Source: a virus
DNA: 64,000 bases
Strand: one strand, 5' to 3'
IMG/VR virus record: IMGVR_UViG_3300036945_000368
Span: 16,031-80,030 of that record
Shown here piece after piece: positions 17,273 through 27,500 of this stretch (position 1 is the stretch's first letter; every line of letters begins with the position of its first letter). The notes under the pieces are model-generated. The model did no database searches, was not told where the DNA came from, and was given only the letters and a program-made list of their open reading frames with translations. Made by a program: the position numbers and the translations under genes.

Positions 17273-17649
17273 TAATTAAAAATGAGGTTAATGATTGGTA
17301 TTTGGCAGGTATGCCTTCAGGTAGTGAAGAATCTGCTCAAATTGCAGGTACTAAATATGATGCTGGTAAAGTTCAATATACATTAGTACCTCCGTATGCA
17401 TTACAGGAAGTTGCACGTAATTTAACCGAAGGGTTAAAGAAGTACAAAGAACGTAATAACTGGCAAAAAGTAGAAGGTGCAGAACAGCGTTACATGGATG
17501 CGCTTATGAGGCATTTTGAGGCCATTAGAAGGGGTGAATTGTATGACCCCGATAGCTCCGTACCAGATATGCCCCACATGGCAGCAGTAGCCGTTAATGC
17601 GATGTTCCTGTTGGAGTTTATGCTCAATCCCGAATTGAAGAAAGGTTAA
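17269..17649 (+). CDS. dATP/dGTP diphosphohydrolase domain protein (DUF5664-like)
   Basis: GTKYDAGK...G.KKY..NNW...ALMRH...DPDS...H.A..AVNAMFL. Confidence 0.8.
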   Translation: MIIKNEVNDWYLAGMPSGSEESAQIAGTKYDAGKVQYTLVPPYALQEVARNLTEGLKKYKERNNWQKVEGAEQRYMDALMRHFEAIRRGELYDPDSSVPDMPHMAAVAVNAMFLLEFMLNPELKKG

Positions 17650-17650
17650 T

Positions 17651-17788
17651 ATGGAAGTATTAGTTTATTTAGCATTGGGCATATTAACTGCTCCATATAT
17701 TCTCATGGGCATAGCTGCACTAAAACTGCACTTAGCTGAGATTAAGAATCAAGGTGAAACAGCCCTTGATTTAACTAAATCTACATGA
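17651..17788 (+). CDS. small membrane protein (45 aa)
   Basis: MEVLVYLALGILTAPYILMGIAAL... Confidence 0.55.
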   Translation: MEVLVYLALGILTAPYILMGIAALKLHLAEIKNQGETALDLTKST

Positions 17789-17821
17789 TATAATCATTTC
17801 TCTCTCAATAAAGGGTAAACC

Positions 17822-18244
17822 ATGAATAAAAAATTAAAATTTCCACCCCGTCCTTCAGCCATTGTAGCCTTATGTATTGTGTCTGAATCAGAGATTGTAA
17901 GAGTAATGCCAAATTACTCGTTTGACTTTGAAAATAATACAGAAGCTTTTAATAAGTTTTTGCATTCATTAGGTATGGATATCGATAAACCTGTACTACG
18001 ACAAGATGGGTTACAGCACCGTAATCGCTTGAATGAAGTGGTCGTATGCAGTCGGTGGGTTGGAGAAGAGAGATTAGATGAAGCTTGGCTATATAGCGGT
18101 TACGCTAGTAGGGAAGCGCTCGATAAAGCCAGTGGCTCGAAGATTCTAGAAGACTTGTACCGTAGTCGTTATCTAACGCAAGACGCTCAAGATTCTTTAG
18201 AGGCTCGTGACCGCTACAATGTAGTAAAAGACGAAGAGGAATAA
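17822..18244 (+). CDS. hypothetical protein
   Basis: 140-aa ORF after a TTGATT-17-TATAAT promoter. Confidence 0.7.
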   Translation: MNKKLKFPPRPSAIVALCIVSESEIVRVMPNYSFDFENNTEAFNKFLHSLGMDIDKPVLRQDGLQHRNRLNEVVVCSRWVGEERLDEAWLYSGYASREALDKASGSKILEDLYRSRYLTQDAQDSLEARDRYNVVKDEEE

Positions 18245-18245
18245 A

Positions 18246-19229
18246 ATGCTAGAAAAATACCTGCTACCGATCAATGAACGACCAGAACCTGTCGAGTTTG
18301 CAGACCAACAATTAAAAGTATTCTGGTTACCTGACGAAATTAAGGTCGAAAAGGATGTCCAGGATGTGTTAGTTAACTTTACTGAAGCTGAAAAGCATGC
18401 AGTTATTACCACCCTTAAATTATTCAGTATCTATGAAACCCACGCAGGTTCTGAATATTGGGGTGGTCGCTTTAAGGATATGTTTGATAGTGCGGAATTT
18501 CACCGCATGGGGTCCGTATTCTCTATGTTTGAATTGGCAGTGCATGCACCGTTCTATAATAAGATTAATCAACTATTGCATATTGATACTCCAGAGTTCT
18601 ATATGTCGTATTTGGATAATGAAGTATTGAAAAGCCGTGTAGCACATATCGGTGAGATTATTGACCATCCTGATGATTTAATTTCGTTAGCTGCGTTTTC
18701 AATGGTAGAGGGTGTTATTCTGTACAGTTCATTTGCTTTCTTAAAGCATTACCAATCACAAGGTAAGAATAAGTTAATGAATATTGTACGTGGTATTAAC
18801 TTCTCTGTACGTGATGAGAATATGCATTCACAAGGTGGTGCATGGGCTTTCAAATATAAACTTGAACAGTTAAAGCAAGAGTTAACACCTGAAGCTTTTG
18901 AATTGCATAAATTAGCTATTGAATCTCAAGTTCGTGAAGTAGCTAAGAAAATTTATGAGCATGAGTGCCAGATTATCGCCATGCTATTTGAGAAGGGTGA
19001 AATTAAAGGTATTACTGCTCACCAACTAGAGAACTTCGTGCAGTCTCGTGTAAATGAATGCTTGAAGACTTTAGGTTTTGCTAAAGAGTACGATGTAAAA
19101 TACAATCCGATTTCTGAGTGGTTCTACAAAGGAATTAACGATTATACCTTCAACGACTTTTTCTCAGGGATGGGCAACCAGTATCACCGTAGTTGGGACA
19201 GTTCAGCGTTCGTATGGAATAAGGAATAA
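18246..19229 (+). CDS. nrdB: ribonucleotide reductase class I beta subunit
   Basis: FWLPDEI, E..VH...Y, VEGVILYSSF, RDENMH, C-terminal NDFF...Y. Confidence 0.93.
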   Translation: MLEKYLLPINERPEPVEFADQQLKVFWLPDEIKVEKDVQDVLVNFTEAEKHAVITTLKLFSIYETHAGSEYWGGRFKDMFDSAEFHRMGSVFSMFELAVHAPFYNKINQLLHIDTPEFYMSYLDNEVLKSRVAHIGEIIDHPDDLISLAAFSMVEGVILYSSFAFLKHYQSQGKNKLMNIVRGINFSVRDENMHSQGGAWAFKYKLEQLKQELTPEAFELHKLAIESQVREVAKKIYEHECQIIAMLFEKGEIKGITAHQLENFVQSRVNECLKTLGFAKEYDVKYNPISEWFYKGINDYTFNDFFSGMGNQYHRSWDSSAFVWNKE

Positions 19230-19230
19230 A

Positions 19231-20934
19231 ATGACAGATAATATTTATAAGAAGTTGAGTGAAGAGCGTAAGGAGTTACAAGAACAGGGCTTAGTCCCTG
19301 AATGGTACACTACAGCTGGTTATCAGATGTTCAAAGATAAGTACGAGTACCAAACTGAAGGCCGATCTGTTCGTGGTCAGTTTTTACGAATCGCTAAGAC
19401 TGCGGCTAAACACCTACCTGAAGATTTTAAAGTTAAGGCTGAAAATGAATTCTTTGATTTGTTTTGGAACGGATGGTTGAGTCCTTCTACACCCGTACTT
19501 GCTAATATGGGTACTACTCGTGGTATGCCAGTATCTTGTTCCGGTACAGTCGTAGGTGATTCGGTAGATGGTTTCTATACTAACCTACATGAAGTAGCTA
19601 CGTTAACTAAGCACGGTTTTGGTACTGCTAGTGATTTTTCTCATGTTCGCCCTCGCGGTTCTAAGATCAGTGTAGGTGGTAAAGCTTCTGGCGTTATTCC
19701 TGTAATTAAAGAACACGTTAATGCTATGCGTAATATCGCACAAGGTACTGCACGTAGAGGCGCATGGGCTTGTTACCTTGATATTGAACATGGTGATTTC
19801 CAAGAGGTAGTTGACCTGATTTCTTCAGAACCAGACGACTTAAATATCGGCTGGACCATTCGACAATCCTTTATTGATCGTTTAGATGCTGGCGATGCAG
19901 AAGCGTTAAATCGTTTCCAAGCTGCCATGAAGGTTAAGATGGTTACTGGTAAGGGTTACTTTTTCTTCATCGATAAGGCCAATGCTAAACGTCCAGTAAT
20001 GTACAAAGATTTAGGCTTGATGATTAATAACTCTCAGCTTTGCTCTGAGATTATGTTGTTCAATGATCTAGAGCATACTTACACTTGCGTATTATCTTCT
20101 ATGAATGCTTCTAAATGGTATGAATGGAAAGACACTCAAGCTGTATATTGGGCTACAGTATTCTTAGATTGCGTAGCTAGTGAGTTCATTACTCGTGCTA
20201 AGGATGTAAAAGGATTAGAAAAAGCTGTAAGATTTACTGAAAAGAGTCGAGCCTTAGGTTTAGGTTTATGCGGCATCCATACTTTGTTTATGCAGAATAT
20301 GTTGCCCTTTGAATCATTCGATGCCCATATGCTAAGTCAAGAGATTCAAGCACACATTGATGTTGAATCATTACGTGCAAGTAAAGATTTAGCTGGAATC
20401 TTAGGTGAACCAGAGTGGTGCAAAGGTTATGGTTTACGTAATACCCACCGTATTGCTATTGCACCTACAAAGTCTACAGCATTACTAATGGGTGGTATCT
20501 CCGAAGGTATTAACCCTGACCCCGCTATGAGTTACAATCAAATGACAGCAGCTGGTGAGATTGATCGTTTGAACCCTGTTTTACTTGATATCATGAAAGC
20601 TAAAGGTGTTTACACTAAGAAGCATGTGCAAGAGATTACAGATAAACAAGGCTCAGTACAGCATGTCGAATGGTTAACTGACGATGAAAAGCAAGTCTTT
20701 AAAACAGCTTTTGAGATTAATCAGAAGGCTGTGCTAAGGTTGGCTTCTGCGCGTAGCAAGTACATCGATCAATGGCAATCATTGAACCTGTTCTTTGCTG
20801 CTGATGAAGACCCTGCATGGATCGCTGAAGTTCACAAAGAGGCTTTCCACGATGAAAACATTTTAGCGTTATACTACATTTACACTCAGGCTGGCGTACA
20901 AGCTGCTAAAGGTGAATGTGAAGCTTGTCAATAA
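19231..20934 (+). CDS. nrdA: ribonucleotide reductase class I alpha subunit
   Basis: SPSTP, PVSC, RRGA, QLCSEI, CVLSS, APTKST, LYY, C-terminal CEAC. Confidence 0.95.
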   Translation: MTDNIYKKLSEERKELQEQGLVPEWYTTAGYQMFKDKYEYQTEGRSVRGQFLRIAKTAAKHLPEDFKVKAENEFFDLFWNGWLSPSTPVLANMGTTRGMPVSCSGTVVGDSVDGFYTNLHEVATLTKHGFGTASDFSHVRPRGSKISVGGKASGVIPVIKEHVNAMRNIAQGTARRGAWACYLDIEHGDFQEVVDLISSEPDDLNIGWTIRQSFIDRLDAGDAEALNRFQAAMKVKMVTGKGYFFFIDKANAKRPVMYKDLGLMINNSQLCSEIMLFNDLEHTYTCVLSSMNASKWYEWKDTQAVYWATVFLDCVASEFITRAKDVKGLEKAVRFTEKSRALGLGLCGIHTLFMQNMLPFESFDAHMLSQEIQAHIDVESLRASKDLAGILGEPEWCKGYGLRNTHRIAIAPTKSTALLMGGISEGINPDPAMSYNQMTAAGEIDRLNPVLLDIMKAKGVYTKKHVQEITDKQGSVQHVEWLTDDEKQVFKTAFEINQKAVLRLASARSKYIDQWQSLNLFFAADEDPAWIAEVHKEAFHDENILALYYIYTQAGVQAAKGECEACQ

Positions 20935-20945
20935 AGGAGAAGGTG

Positions 20946-21506
20946 ATGAATTGGGAGAATATTTTTTATTACGATGAAACATCTCCTACTTTTCTAAAGT
21001 GGAAATATACGCGCAGAAATTTTAAGTTTAATAATATTATTGTGCTGAAAGATGAGGTAGCAGGTTGTCTTAGATTTTATAAGAATGGTTTACCTAAAAA
21101 TTCAGCTGTTAGCTTGAATAATTGTTCATACTATATTCACAGAATTATATACGAGATGGCTTTCATGGTTAATTTAAAACAGTACGAGATAGTAGACCAT
21201 CTAGATGGTAATCCTCATAATAATAAATTGGAAAACTTGCGTTTAGTTTCCCTTAAGGATAATGCCCACAATGTTAAAAAAATGTCTCATAATACAACAG
21301 GAATAACTGGTGTTGTTTATTCAAAATCTATAAATTCTTGGAGGGCAGTATGGTACAATGGAAATGGTAAGCAGTTGAGTAAAAGCTTCTCAGTTAACAA
21401 GTATGGTTTTGATAAAGCTAAACAACTTGCTATAGAGCTGAGAGCCTTATCAATATCTAAACTAATTCAAAATGGTAATCTATACACAGAAAGGCACGGT
21501 AAATGA
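20946..21506 (+). CDS. HNH endonuclease with C-terminal AP2-like domain
   Basis: IHRIIY...VDHLDGNPHNNKLENLR...NTTGITGV...KSFSVNKYG; AT-rich. Confidence 0.9.
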   Translation: MNWENIFYYDETSPTFLKWKYTRRNFKFNNIIVLKDEVAGCLRFYKNGLPKNSAVSLNNCSYYIHRIIYEMAFMVNLKQYEIVDHLDGNPHNNKLENLRLVSLKDNAHNVKKMSHNTTGITGVVYSKSINSWRAVWYNGNGKQLSKSFSVNKYGFDKAKQLAIELRALSISKLIQNGNLYTERHGK

Positions 21507-21748
21507 AAAAGCTAGTTGTATTTTCAGCAGAGGGATGGTGTAGTAACTGTAAAGTACTTCATAAAAGTATTGAAGCAGCAAAATTAGAAATTCCTGTAAA
21601 TATTATCGATGTAGATAAAGACCCGCTTGCCGCTAAGGAGTTTTTAGTCCGTGGTGTACCTACGGTATTACTCATGGAAGATAATCAAGTTATCAAGCGT
21701 TCTAGTGGCTCTATGACAGCTTCTCAACTTGTAGAGTTCTGCCAATGA
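21503..21748 (+). CDS. thioredoxin
   Basis: WCSNC active site, DVD, VRGVPT. Confidence 0.88.
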   Translation: MKKLVVFSAEGWCSNCKVLHKSIEAAKLEIPVNIIDVDKDPLAAKEFLVRGVPTVLLMEDNQVIKRSSGSMTASQLVEFCQ

Positions 21749-22008
21749 AAGAAAACCAAAGAATTGACGAGAAATTTGAAGAATGGTTTTGGGAAACAGA
21801 GGACGGTTTCCAGTTTAGAGCCGAACGTTGTTTTCAATGGGCTCAACTGGCAGCTGAGAAACCTGAGTCACTTAACCGCTTCTTAACTGATTGGATTAAG
21901 GGCGCTTATGAAGCCGCATATAAGCAAGGTTACCGTGATGCACTCTCTAGTTTGCATTACAAACCTGAAAACAGTTCAGGTAATCCTGCAGTGATTCATT
22001 TACAATAG
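21745..22008 (+). CDS. hypothetical protein
   Basis: ORF coupled by ATGA. Confidence 0.7.
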   Translation: MKENQRIDEKFEEWFWETEDGFQFRAERCFQWAQLAAEKPESLNRFLTDWIKGAYEAAYKQGYRDALSSLHYKPENSSGNPAVIHLQ

Positions 22009-22016
22009 TTTAGACG

Positions 22017-22063
22017 AAAAAATACCCCGTAGTACCTTAGTTGGTATTACGGGGTTTTTCTTT
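22017..22063. terminator. bidirectional terminator between the convergent arms
   Basis: A-tract, ACCCCGTAGTACC / GGTATTACGGGGT stem, T-tract. Confidence 0.85.
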
Positions 22064-22553
22064 ATGGTTTCCAAGCTGCGTATTCAGCAGCAGTTAAGAC
22101 ACCAGCAACATACATTTTATGTGAATTAGCTGGACGCATAACAGTTAAGTTTTGACGCTTTAAGGCAGGGTCAAATGAAATATGTACCCAACCTTTATCA
22201 GGTGTCATACTATACTCATGGATTAGTTGGTCATATTTAATACCGGATGCAGCGATTGCTTTACAGATATCGTGTGGTGAACCAAAGCCATTACAACGAA
22301 AATCGATAGCAAAACCATCCATATGTGCTGACTTTTCTGAACCGCCTACCGCTACATTAACTTTTGGTAAACGTAGCCAAGACTGTACGCTAATGGGTTT
22401 GCCAAGTAGTGCGCGTACTTGTTCCATACCTTGTGCTGCAATTTGCATATTTGCAAGCTGGAGAGTAGATGGTGTATTGTCTACACCTAGCTCAATTGCT
22501 TTAGCTGAGTACGTACCCTCTTTGTACGTAAAATGCTCTGATAAATTTGTCAT
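22062..22553 (-). CDS. endolysin, peptidase M15 family
   Basis: LSEHFT..E, SWLR...N.AVGG...SAH..G.AID, DQLI.E...WVHIS. Confidence 0.9.
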   Translation of the reverse strand: MTNLSEHFTYKEGTYSAKAIELGVDNTPSTLQLANMQIAAQGMEQVRALLGKPISVQSWLRLPKVNVAVGGSEKSAHMDGFAIDFRCNGFGSPHDICKAIAASGIKYDQLIHEYSMTPDKGWVHISFDPALKRQNLTVMRPANSHKMYVAGVLTAAEYAAWKP

Positions 22554-23041
22554 TATTTAATACCTTTAATCATTGCTTGGGTTTTATCTGCACTTGACTT
22601 AGAAGAGCCATAGAAGAAATTAAAAATTGAAGCAATCGCTGTACCTAATAGGAAACCTAAAATAATATTAGCGAAGTCTCTTGAACCTTCTGGCATAGTA
22701 AGAAAAGTTACACAAAAGAAGTATAGTGCTGAGACTACGGACCAAAACCATGCGAAGCGATACACGAAATTTTTACTTTCAGAATCACCTTGAGCTAATG
22801 CAGCTTGTTGCATCTCTCTAGCGCTTGACCTGTCTTTTACTTCTTGCTCAAACATAAACTCGTCATGTTTCATTGCAGCTTCTTGTACAGCTGCTAATTT
22901 TTCAGGTGACATATTAGGTTCTAATTTAACACCTAATTTATCCTCCACATAGTCTAAACCTTTTGAGGTAACAGCTTCTGCAACTTTACCTAAACCGTTT
23001 GAGACTAGCGAACTTATAATTCCTGCTAATAATGGTAACAT
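22553..23041 (-). CDS. holin-like membrane protein
   Basis: DR.SAREMQ, two TM helices, FFYGSS; adjacent to the endolysin. Confidence 0.75.
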   Translation of the reverse strand: MLPLLAGIISSLVSNGLGKVAEAVTSKGLDYVEDKLGVKLEPNMSPEKLAAVQEAAMKHDEFMFEQEVKDRSSAREMQQAALAQGDSESKNFVYRFAWFWSVVSALYFFCVTFLTMPEGSRDFANIILGFLLGTAIASIFNFFYGSSKSSADKTQAMIKGIK

Positions 23042-23079
23042 AATATTCCTTAAGAAGTCCCGCCGAAGCGGGACATTGT

Positions 23080-23307
23080 TTACATACCTACAACTAATTT
23101 AAGCACATTTGTAATTCCAATCGATTGAGAGAGAATGACAAGTACTGCACCAGTAGCTAAATACTTAATCTGATTAAGAGTCTTTTCAATACTTGATAAT
23201 GAAGCACTTAATACTGAAGAAATATCTTGTAACTTCTTTAATTCATTTGCATGGTCATCAACTTTTAACTCAAGTTTAATAACTCTATGTTCAATTTGTT
23301 CTTGCAC
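23080..23307 (-). CDS. XhlA-like coiled-coil plus TM lysis protein (holin/antiholin candidate)
   Basis: N-terminal coiled coil, C-terminal hydrophobic helix; in the lysis cassette. Confidence 0.6.
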   Translation of the reverse strand: MQEQIEHRVIKLELKVDDHANELKKLQDISSVLSASLSSIEKTLNQIKYLATGAVLVILSQSIGITNVLKLVVGM

Positions 23308-23308
23308 G

Positions 23309-24544
23309 TTACTCTCCGATTAATTTTGCTATTAGTCTCTCTAATTGAGAAATTCGTTTATCTTGCTCTACAACTCTTTCGGCTAACTTAACAGCAGATA
23401 CCATAGCAGCATTACCATAAGCAACAGATAATTTGCCATCAGCTCCCTCGATAATGGCATTCGGCAGAAAAGTTCGTAAGGATTGAGCCCCAACTCCAAC
23501 CTGTGTTTTATTTTCACAGTCTAGCCGATCATAAATTCCATGCTTTACTTTAGCTAGTTGCTCAATATAATCTACTGGAAGTTCACGCCAATTAGTTTTT
23601 AAAGTCTCGTCTGAGAATGCTGTAATGTCACCACCTGATATAAAGTTAGCATTATTATATGTCCTAACATTACCAGCTTCAGTTGCATGAATACCTACGG
23701 CATAAGTTTCATTATACCAGCCAGTATCACCTGTTGATCTGTGCCAGTTAGGGCAACTAAAGGAACCTGCATATAACCAGTCAGAAGATGGGTTACAGTA
23801 AATTCCTCCTGTAGCATATACACCATTACCAGAGCCCCAAAGCATTTGGTAAGTGCTATTAGAGTCATTACTATAGTTGATAACTACGCTACCAGCCGTG
23901 CCACTAATAGAGCCTTGAATCTGATTATTAAAAGTTTTAGTGCCTCCAATAGTTTGATCACCGGATGTGTACACTCCATTAGTAACGCTACCAGCGTTAC
24001 CTGAAATACTACCTGTAATTTGATTACTAAAAGTTTTAGTGCCTCCAATAGTTTGATCACCAACTGTGTAGACACCGTTAGTAACACTACCAGCATTACC
24101 TGAAATAGTACCGGTAATTTGACTACTAAAAGTTTTTGCACCTCCAATAGTCTGAGTACCTGTAGTATATACACCATTAGTGACAGTACCAGCATTACCT
24201 GAAATATCCCCACTAATCTGGCTACTGAAGGTTTTTACACCTCCAATAGTTTGAGTACCAGTGGTATATACACCATTGGTTACAGTTGCAGCATTACCTG
24301 AAATGTTAATACCGTATAAGTCATTTGTAACTAAGTCAACCCAAGTTGAACCGTTCCATTTACGCCACTTATTATTTTGGCTACTCCACCCAATAGAATC
24401 TACCGGAAGGTTACTAATAGTTGGGTCGCCTGATGGAGATTTAGCAGGGTCCAAACCTCTTGCTAAATCATCAAAGCGATTATCCAACTCTTGTACGAAA
24501 TTTATATACCCACTCGTTTGAGTAGGTAAACTATGATTTGCCAT
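23309..24544 (-). CDS. tail fibre with C-terminal intramolecular chaperone (peptidase S74)
   Basis: 33-aa repeats; FSDETLK autocleavage motif; GVGAQ; terminal coiled coil. Confidence 0.85.
   Translation of the reverse strand: MANHSLPTQTSGYINFVQELDNRFDDLARGLDPAKSPSGDPTISNLPVDSIGWSSQNNKWRKWNGSTWVDLVTNDLYGINISGNAATVTNGVYTTGTQTIGGVKTFSSQISGDISGNAGTVTNGVYTTGTQTIGGAKTFSSQITGTISGNAGSVTNGVYTVGDQTIGGTKTFSNQITGSISGNAGSVTNGVYTSGDQTIGGTKTFNNQIQGSISGTAGSVVINYSNDSNSTYQMLWGSGNGVYATGGIYCNPSSDWLYAGSFSCPNWHRSTGDTGWYNETYAVGIHATEAGNVRTYNNANFISGGDITAFSDETLKTNWRELPVDYIEQLAKVKHGIYDRLDCENKTQVGVGAQSLRTFLPNAIIEGADGKLSVAYGNAAMVSAVKLAERVVEQDKRISQLERLIAKLIGE
23890..24306 (-). repeat. 99-bp tandem repeat (4 copies plus partial) in the tail fibre
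   Basis: CAGC(A/G)TTACCTGAAAT recurs at ~23992, 24091, 24190, 24289; unit ISGNAGxVTNGVYTxGxQTIGGxKTFxxQIxGx. Confidence 0.9.
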
Positions 24545-24546
24545 TA

Positions 24547-27500
24547 TTAATATCCTTTAATAGACCAACCGACTCGGGCATCTTGCCTTACACCGGACGT
24601 TGAGTTAAAAACATAAACTCGCATTGATTGCGCATATGTGACTACAGCACCAGATGTACTAGATTGACCAGTAGCTACAGCCGTATATTGGTTATCATTT
24701 ATCTTAGTTATTATATATACACCACTAGTGCCTGAACCACTAGAAAATGCTAGTCTAACTGCTTGACCTGTAATCAAACCGTGCGCAGTAGCGTTAACTG
24801 TAATAGTACCTGAACTAATTGCATAGGTACCTGAGATAGTTTCCTCATTAAAATCATAAACAGCTGTTAATGGGGTAGTACCAGCAGCTGTTAGATTGAT
24901 ACTTTGAACCGCGATAAACTCTTTATTAAAGTTTACAATAGTTCCTAAACTGTCTGCAAGTAAACAAGTAGCACTATCAGAATCTGATATCTGCTTATTA
25001 TCTAAACGAACTATTAATTTATCTAACTTATATAAATCTGCAGTTGTATTAGCTAATGCATTAATAGTAACCCTAATATATTGAAAGTTAGTTGCAAATA
25101 TGGCATCAAGTTTTTGAGGAGGTGTCCATGTTGTACCGTTAAGGCTAGTTTCAATTTCTGTATAAACAGAAGGTGTACCACTTACTACAGAACCTGTAAA
25201 CTCTACGGTAATACTGCTACTAGCTAATAACTGATTATAATTAAACACTTCTTGATAATACGCAGGAGCAGTATTGGGTTGTGAGTAAATAGGGTAGTTT
25301 GCAGCAACTTGATCTTCAGGTGTATTCCATGACCTATTAGAAAAATGCTGTGCCCAAGTCTCAGAGTTATTTACTAACATCAACAGTGATGTTGAGTTTG
25401 TAATATTACTTACATTGCTTTTTGTAGCTTGTAATGTACTAATGTATTCAGCATTAAATACGAAGTCAGGTGGTTGAGAAACTGTTAGTGCAATAGGAAT
25501 AGGTGTAGATTCTCTATCATCAGTATCAACTACTGCTAACCAATAAGTATAGTTACCACCAGCTAATTCAAAGATAGAAGTAAAAGTACCACTCTTTTCA
25601 CCAATAATCTTATCTGCATCTTCCCAAGATACTCCACGCTTAATTAAGATATGTGAAATTGGTAAGCTAGTCTTATTAGGTAAAACCCAACGAAGCAATA
25701 CGTTATTATCCACAACGTCTGCATTGAAAGATACAATAGGTGCTGGAACATACTTAGGTACAGTTAGTGTAGCCGCTGGACTTACGTTACCGCTGATATC
25801 TATTACTTCGATTGAAATAACGGCATTACCTACCCAATCAGCATTACTGATGTACTTAGTGCTTGCAGTTGTTAAAACTTCTGTAGGTTTATCTGGCTTA
25901 GTAATAGTCAGTTTATATTCTCTAATAGTAAAGTTAATCTGGCTAGGAGGTTCCCAACTAAATGTAACTGTAGAATGAGTATTACTAGAGCTACCATACA
26001 CATATGATAAGTTTGTAGGCTTATCAGGTAATGGGGCAGTGTAAATAATACTTGCACTAGTTGCACTATAATTATTTCCATAGTCATAGGCTCTAATATA
26101 GTATGTTGTACTGTGGGCTGAATCTTCTGCTAAGGTAGAGCAGGTATTAGTTGAACCACTAAACACTCTATTTGCAGATGTACCCCAACCAGTATTTGCA
26201 GTTCTTACTTCATAACCTTTAATATCAATCTCGGAATTATTATCCCAACTTAATCTTAAACGTCCAGTGTTGAGTTCTGCTTCATAATTAAAGTTAGTGA
26301 CTTGACTAGGTAGAGATGTTTTACCAACAATAGTATTGTTAGCCCATTCAGTCCATTTACCAAAGCGTCCGTCTGAAGTTACATAACGTAATCTTACCTT
26401 ATAAGTTTCACCTTCAACAACATTAGGCACTAGAATAGAACCAGAAGTATAATCTGTGCTGTTAATATTATAATTTAAACTATCAGTAGAAGCTGCATAA
26501 TCATATTGAATTTGAACAGATGCTATAGTAGCTGGAAGTTTAATATCATTAGTGTAAGATACTTTTAAGTTATATTTGAAAGCACCATCAGAGATTTTCT
26601 CCATTACTGACTCATCGCTGACAAGTTTAGTAATAGTTGGAATACTATCACCAAGACCTGCTAATGTTAACTTAGGAGGTAAAGTAATTTGAGATTCAAA
26701 AACTGTACTTGCTGTTAATGTTAAATAATCAGTAAAGATGTTATAGGTATCTGTTACACCATAATCAACTAAAGTAATTCTAGCTGATTTATTAGTTGTA
26801 GGTTCAATACTCAGTACAATTAAATCCTGAGCTTCAGAATCAAGTTCACCAAACATAAATAAATCAGATGCATTAACTTCAGTACTTGTTGTAGAACTTG
26901 TAAGAGTTATCTGAGAGTAGTATCCATCGATACCTACGCTTTGAACATTTCGTACAACTGAGCTACCATTAGAAGAACGAACTCGAATAGTATAATTCAG
27001 ACCGGACTGCATAGGAACTTCTTCGTCAAGTTCAAATACTGTGCTAGAGATTCTATTCTTAATCCTACCTGATGCTAAACCCCACATAGGGATATCATGA
27101 GATACTTTTACACGGTCACCGCGATTACAAACAAGGTATTCAATATCTACGTTAAGAGTATAAATCTCTGGTCTTAGTTTAGATTGCGCCATATGCCACT
27201 TAGCATGATCGATTACGCTGGACTTTTTAGTAACACCGGGGAGTTGAATCGCTTCAAACAATTCAGCATTATTTTCATTTTTACCAATTGCATATACAAT
27301 AATTTCACTCTCTTGATAGTTATTATCTTCATCAAAGTATGTTACTCTTAAACCATCTGGTAATTTAGGTAATGCTTTTGTTGATTCAAATCCCCAACTA
27401 TTGTGTGGTGTAAAATGCTGAATAATATTTTCTTTAGCTTCATCAATAGTAACTGTCCACTTACCATCGATTAAAGCAGGACTTGCTCTACCTGCAGCAC

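Noticed and set aside
16763-17649. Z-base (2-aminoadenine) genome pathway
   Set aside because: No PurZ/adenylosuccinate-synthetase-like gene in the window; these pyrophosphatases are common in ordinary phages
7478-20934. Introns or inteins in polA, helicase, nrdA or nrdB
   Set aside because: Reading frames are continuous, sizes are ordinary, and no C...HN-C/S/T intein ends were seen
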